Assembly (NCBI GenBank): GCA_045643605.1
Contig: JAZULC010000018.1
Span: 53,700 to 117,699, forward strand
DNA: 64,000 nt
Source: Alphaproteobacteria bacterium
GTDB lineage: Bacteria > Pseudomonadota > Alphaproteobacteria > RF32 > CAG-239
Direction of reading: 5' to 3'
Shown here piece by piece: positions 63,840 through 64,000 of this stretch. The notes under the pieces are model-generated. The model ran no database searches, was not told the origin of the DNA, and worked only from the letters and a program-made list of their open reading frames with translations. The first letter of the stretch is position 1; every line of letters starts with the position of its first letter. The position numbers and the translations under genes were made by a program.

Positions 63840-64000
63840 TTTTCCAGAATCCTTTTATTTTGCTCGGATACTTTTACTTATATTTTCCTCAAATATTAAT
63901 GGCTTGACATGAGCTATATTGTAGCAAAATATAATTTTTATAAAAAAATATTGCAAACTTTGTTTAGTAGAATAAAATCTACAACAAATAAGCAAGTGAG

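Noticed and set aside
63904-63935. TTGACA ... TATAAT promoter-like pair downstream of attR
   Set aside because: The spacer between the hexamers is 20 nt by my count, outside the usual 16-19 nt, and no gene start is visible before the window ends.

Overview
This is an AT-rich Gram-negative chromosomal segment whose gene families and synteny look alphaproteobacterial. All motifs, repeats and coordinates below were read or counted by hand from the sequence and ORF track; no database search was run.

**Backbone (1 to ~45.7 kb).** Ordinary housekeeping genes: yebC (partial)-ruvC, pepP-like, prmA, rnhB, an M48/TPR protease, rne, leuS-lptE-holA, trmL, carD, rsmE, an orphan NarL-type response regulator, rmuC, accA, yejA/yejB only, a ~2,425-aa repeat-rich autotransporter, rplU-rpmA-obg-rsfS-rsmB, ssb, dnaB, a ygjP-like hydrolase, an Asd-like protein and an MscK-like channel.

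**Island (45734-63839).** A tRNA-Thr(CGU) gene at 45707-45782 is followed by an ~18.1-kb integrative island. It is bounded by a 71-bp direct repeat of the tRNA 3' part (one mismatch). It carries a tyrosine integrase, a small Xis/AlpA-like ORF and a possible HUH Rep-like ORF.

**Main candidate for a novel system.** The island cargo includes a tightly packed, apparently translationally coupled five-gene minus-strand operon (48071-58641):
- an SNF2 helicase;
- a 1003-aa beta-class DPPY DNA methyltransferase;
- a TcmP-like protein;
- a three-Cys radical-SAM-like protein with a CX3CX3C motif;
- a 1039-aa ResIII-type helicase with a C-terminal PD-DxK nuclease motif.

It reads as a Type III-like R-M module with an embedded TcmP/three-Cys pair of unknown function plus a DISARM DrmD-like helicase. 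It matches no defence-system architecture I can name.

**Second cargo module.** A RhuM-family gene is preceded by three tandem paralogous small single-TM proteins.

**Backbone oddities.**
- an RquA-like methyltransferase;
- an Asd homolog lacking the catalytic Cys/His/Arg;
- a yejAB operon lacking yejEF;
- exact intragenic repeats in the autotransporter;
- a compositionally atypical small OMP gene between ssb and dnaB;
- an RNase E with a ~255-aa insertion in the S1 domain and almost no C-terminal scaffold.

No rRNA genes, CRISPR arrays or IS transposases were seen.
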